From the human T2T-CHM13v2.0 reference genome, Homo sapiens: DNA of 64,000 bases. The stretch lies in NCBI RefSeq assembly GCF_009914755.1, contig NC_060941.1. The stretch is one strand, 5' to 3'. Under the pieces are notes generated by a model. That model was not told where the DNA came from. It did no database searches and saw only the letters and a program-made list of their open reading frames with translations. Below are positions 55,500 to 64,000 of the stretch, one piece after another (positions within the stretch are counted from its first letter, which is position 1; the number at the start of each line of letters is the position of its first letter). The position numbers and the translations under genes were made by a program.

Positions 55500-56005
55500 T
55501 GAGAGATGAAGTCCCTGGACTTCCTGGGTAGAGTGGGACTTGGAGAACTTTTCTTTCTAGCAAGAGGATTGTAAAATGCACCAATCAGCACTCTGTAGCT
55601 AGGATTGTAATATGTACCAATCAGTGCTCTGTAGCTAGCAAGGGGATGGTAAAATGCACCAATCAGCACTCTGTAAAATGCACCAATCAGCAGGATCCTA
55701 AAAGTAGCCAATAACAGGGAGGATTGAAAAAAAAGGGCATTCTGATAGGACAGAAACGGAACATGGGCGGGGACAAATAACAGAATAAAAGCTGGCCACC
55801 CCTCAGCCAGCAGCGGCAACCCACTCTGGTCTCCTTGCATGCTATGGAAGCTTTGTTCTTTTGCTCTTCACAACATTTCTTGCTGCTACTCACTCTTTGG
55901 GTCCATGCCATCTTTAAGAGCTGTAACACACCGTGAAGGTCCACAGCTCCATTCTCGAAGTTAGCAAGACCATGAACCCACTGGAAGGAACCAACTCCGG
56001 ATACA
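55500..56005 (+). mobile_element. LTR12-family (ERV9) solo LTR
   Basis: TGAGAGATGAAG…CTCCGGATACA ends, repeated (GC)ACCAATCAGCACTCTGTA units, AATAAAAGCTGGC box. Confidence 0.9.
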
Positions 56006-56499
56006 CCGGGATTATAGATGTGAGCATTTAATAATTTAATACCTGCCTCTGGTTTTGCTTCCCAGATTCCAGATTCTCAGCTTCAGGAGAAGCACCTCCA
56101 CTCTTACTGCTTTCGCTAACTTCATTTCCCTAACACTATATTGCCATTGTTTTAATACATTCTTCTTTATCCTATGGGAATAGTTGTCTCTCATTATTAT
56201 TTTCATTTGAATAGCTCTGACGTAATAAGGTTTATCTTTTTCCTGGTATTTGTTAACAATTTGCATTTTTTGTTAATCACTCTTGTGCATTTTATTTTTG
56301 GTTGTGTATTGTTCAATTTCCAGTACTATGGAATCTCTATGTATGTCTTTCCTTCAGAAGTAACCATGACCCTGAATTTTGTGTTTGTCATTTTCTTCCT
56401 TCACTCCAACCCGTGGGGAGTACAATTCAGCATGATATTTGGGTAGGGACACAGAGCCAAAACTTATCAGTGTCCATTCACCTACAGATGGACATTTGG

Positions 56500-56950
56500 G
56501 TTGTGGGGCAGGCAGCCTCTAAAATGTCTCCCAGTGATTGCTGCCTCATGGTATTCATAGCTGTATATAGTCCCCTCTCTTGGGTGTGGGTGAAATCTAG
56601 GGACTTGCTTCTAACAAAGAGAATACAGTAAAACTAATGACTTCTGAGATTAAGTTATAAAAGACTATGATTTCCATCTCCTCTCTTTCTGGCTCTCTTC
56701 TCGATTGCTCTGTGGAAGGAAGCAGACGTGTTTTGAGAGGCCTTAGTAGCAAGGAACTGAAGGCGGCCTCCAGCCAACAGACAGTGAGGCACTGAGGCCC
56801 CCAGTCCAACAACCAGCAAAATGTGGAAACTTACCAGGGATCACGTGAATGAGCATGGAAGCTTATCCCTCCCTGGTCAAGCCTTGAGACAGCTGCACCA
56901 CTGGCTGATACCTCTAAGGCAGCCTCATGAGAGAACCCGGACCCAGTATT
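56500..56950 (+). mobile_element. MLT1-type LTR
   Basis: tgtggggcaggcagcctctaaaatg…gcaaggaactgaaggcggcctccagccaac. Confidence 0.7.
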
Positions 56951-57009
56951 TCTGATGCAAATTTGGCATCCTAATTGAGATGTGCTATAAGTTTAAAAAA
57001 CACGTACCA

Positions 57010-57337
<328 letters not shown>

Positions 57338-58499
57338 TCAAAGACTATGAAATATAAAAATGTAAAATCTGTCACTTATAATTTTTTATTTTTAAAATAT
57401 TTTTCTTTTTTCACTACAACCATGACAGATGAAAAATTTTAAATATTAACATGTTGAAGTGGTAATATTTTAGATTATTGAATTAAATAAAATACATCAT
57501 TAATTTCACCTGTTTCTTTTTACTTTTATTAAAGTGGCTCTTGAAAAATTTAAATTATGTATGTGGTTCATATGAAATTTCTATTGGATAGCACTGCTCT
57601 GGATGATAGCTTCTTCTTCCAGAAATGACTTATTTTTGAGTCTGGCAGGCAGAAAGGATAGGAGTAGATCCCTTTTATCCAACCCATGATCGAGTTAGTT
57701 GCTTAAAGCTGAGTTTCATTCTTTGCGAGGCTTGGCCTATTTCCGATTATGCCTTACTCCTAGAATGTATAGCACGCTAAAACTCCCATTTCAAAGCTGA
57801 GAGTGTTTATTGTACTTTTCCCTTTGGCAGCACCTTACCTGCAAGTTTTATCTCTCCAGCCCCATAAGCCGCTAAAACTCTGCTCACTTCTTAGCCTCTC
57901 AGCTACACTCTCTGCTATCTCAGTCCCTGTGTTGGAGTCAGCAAATGCGTTTTGAGGGGAAGCAGTTCAATCATTAGCAGTCTGTTTTTGGGATTCCTTT
58001 CTCTTCTGGGTTTTGGCCCAAGTCAGACTTGGTAGCTCTTTTTTGTCTCTCAGACTTCTGGTGGCAAGGTCATTTCTTTGCTTGATGAGGAGCAAGAGTC
58101 TAGAGTTGTCCTCTTCTACCAGAGTTCCCTGAGGGAATTAACTGAACGTCCCAAAACATACACTCTGTCATGTACTAACTTCCATCCTATGCGTCTAGAA
58201 TGTTGCCAGCTATGTATCTTTGGGGAAATTTAGAAAATAGCCGAGTCATTTTGTGTAGGGCTTAATTCTCTCATGGAAACTGAGTTGAGCAATGCTAGTG
58301 TAAAGAATCTTGTTAAGGTAACTTAGGTCACACACCCATATAGAACCATCACACCATCGCCAGGCCATTAGATATTCTGATACCCCCTCTCTGGAGCCTG
58401 GGCTGGAACCACACTCCCTGGAGCCACCTGGATGCCAAACAGAAATTGGCAGCTGTCAGAAAGGGAGAAACAGAAGTCGGAAAGACCATAAATGTTCAC

Positions 58500-61275
<2,776 letters not shown>

Positions 61276-61384
61276 AAAAATTCAATTAAAATACTATAAT
61301 TTTTCAACTTTCAGATTGTAAAAATTAAAGACACTATTTATAATAGCCCTTGATAGTAGGGATGTGAGTAAACAGACACTATCA

Positions 61385-64000
<2,616 letters not shown>

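Noticed and set aside
55560-55720. Regularly spaced direct repeats superficially like a CRISPR array
   Set aside because: These are the CCAAT-containing U3 tandem repeats of LTR12 in a human locus.

Overview
Human genomic DNA, recognisably part of the olfactory receptor (OR) cluster on 17p13.3 (identified from protein sequence recall; no database was searched). Three single-exon class A GPCR loci lie on the + strand: OR1A1 (3890-4819, intact but with Ser in place of the NPxxY Pro), an intact-ORF allele of OR1D4 (28907-29845) and a double-frameshift OR1D-family pseudogene (53848-54787, probably OR1D3P). The two OR1D loci are an old tandem duplication that also covers a putative promoter, a 5' non-coding exon and an intron, and their coding regions show a gene-conversion-like patchwork. 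Most of the rest is interspersed repeats: L1, Alu, THE1D, LTR12, an LTR9-like LTR, Tigger1, Charlie, MADE1 and MLT/MST. Nearly all other ORF-track entries are repeat-derived or chance ORFs. I found no convincing wholly new biological system. The best leads are a candidate Lhx2/Ebf composite enhancer at about 58.1-58.4 kb, the inferred OR1D 5' exon and promoter, functionally suspect OR alleles, and several retrotransposition or repair scars (AluYb9, twin-primed L1, 3' transduction, locally templated insertion). Repeat subfamily calls and some boundaries were made by eye.
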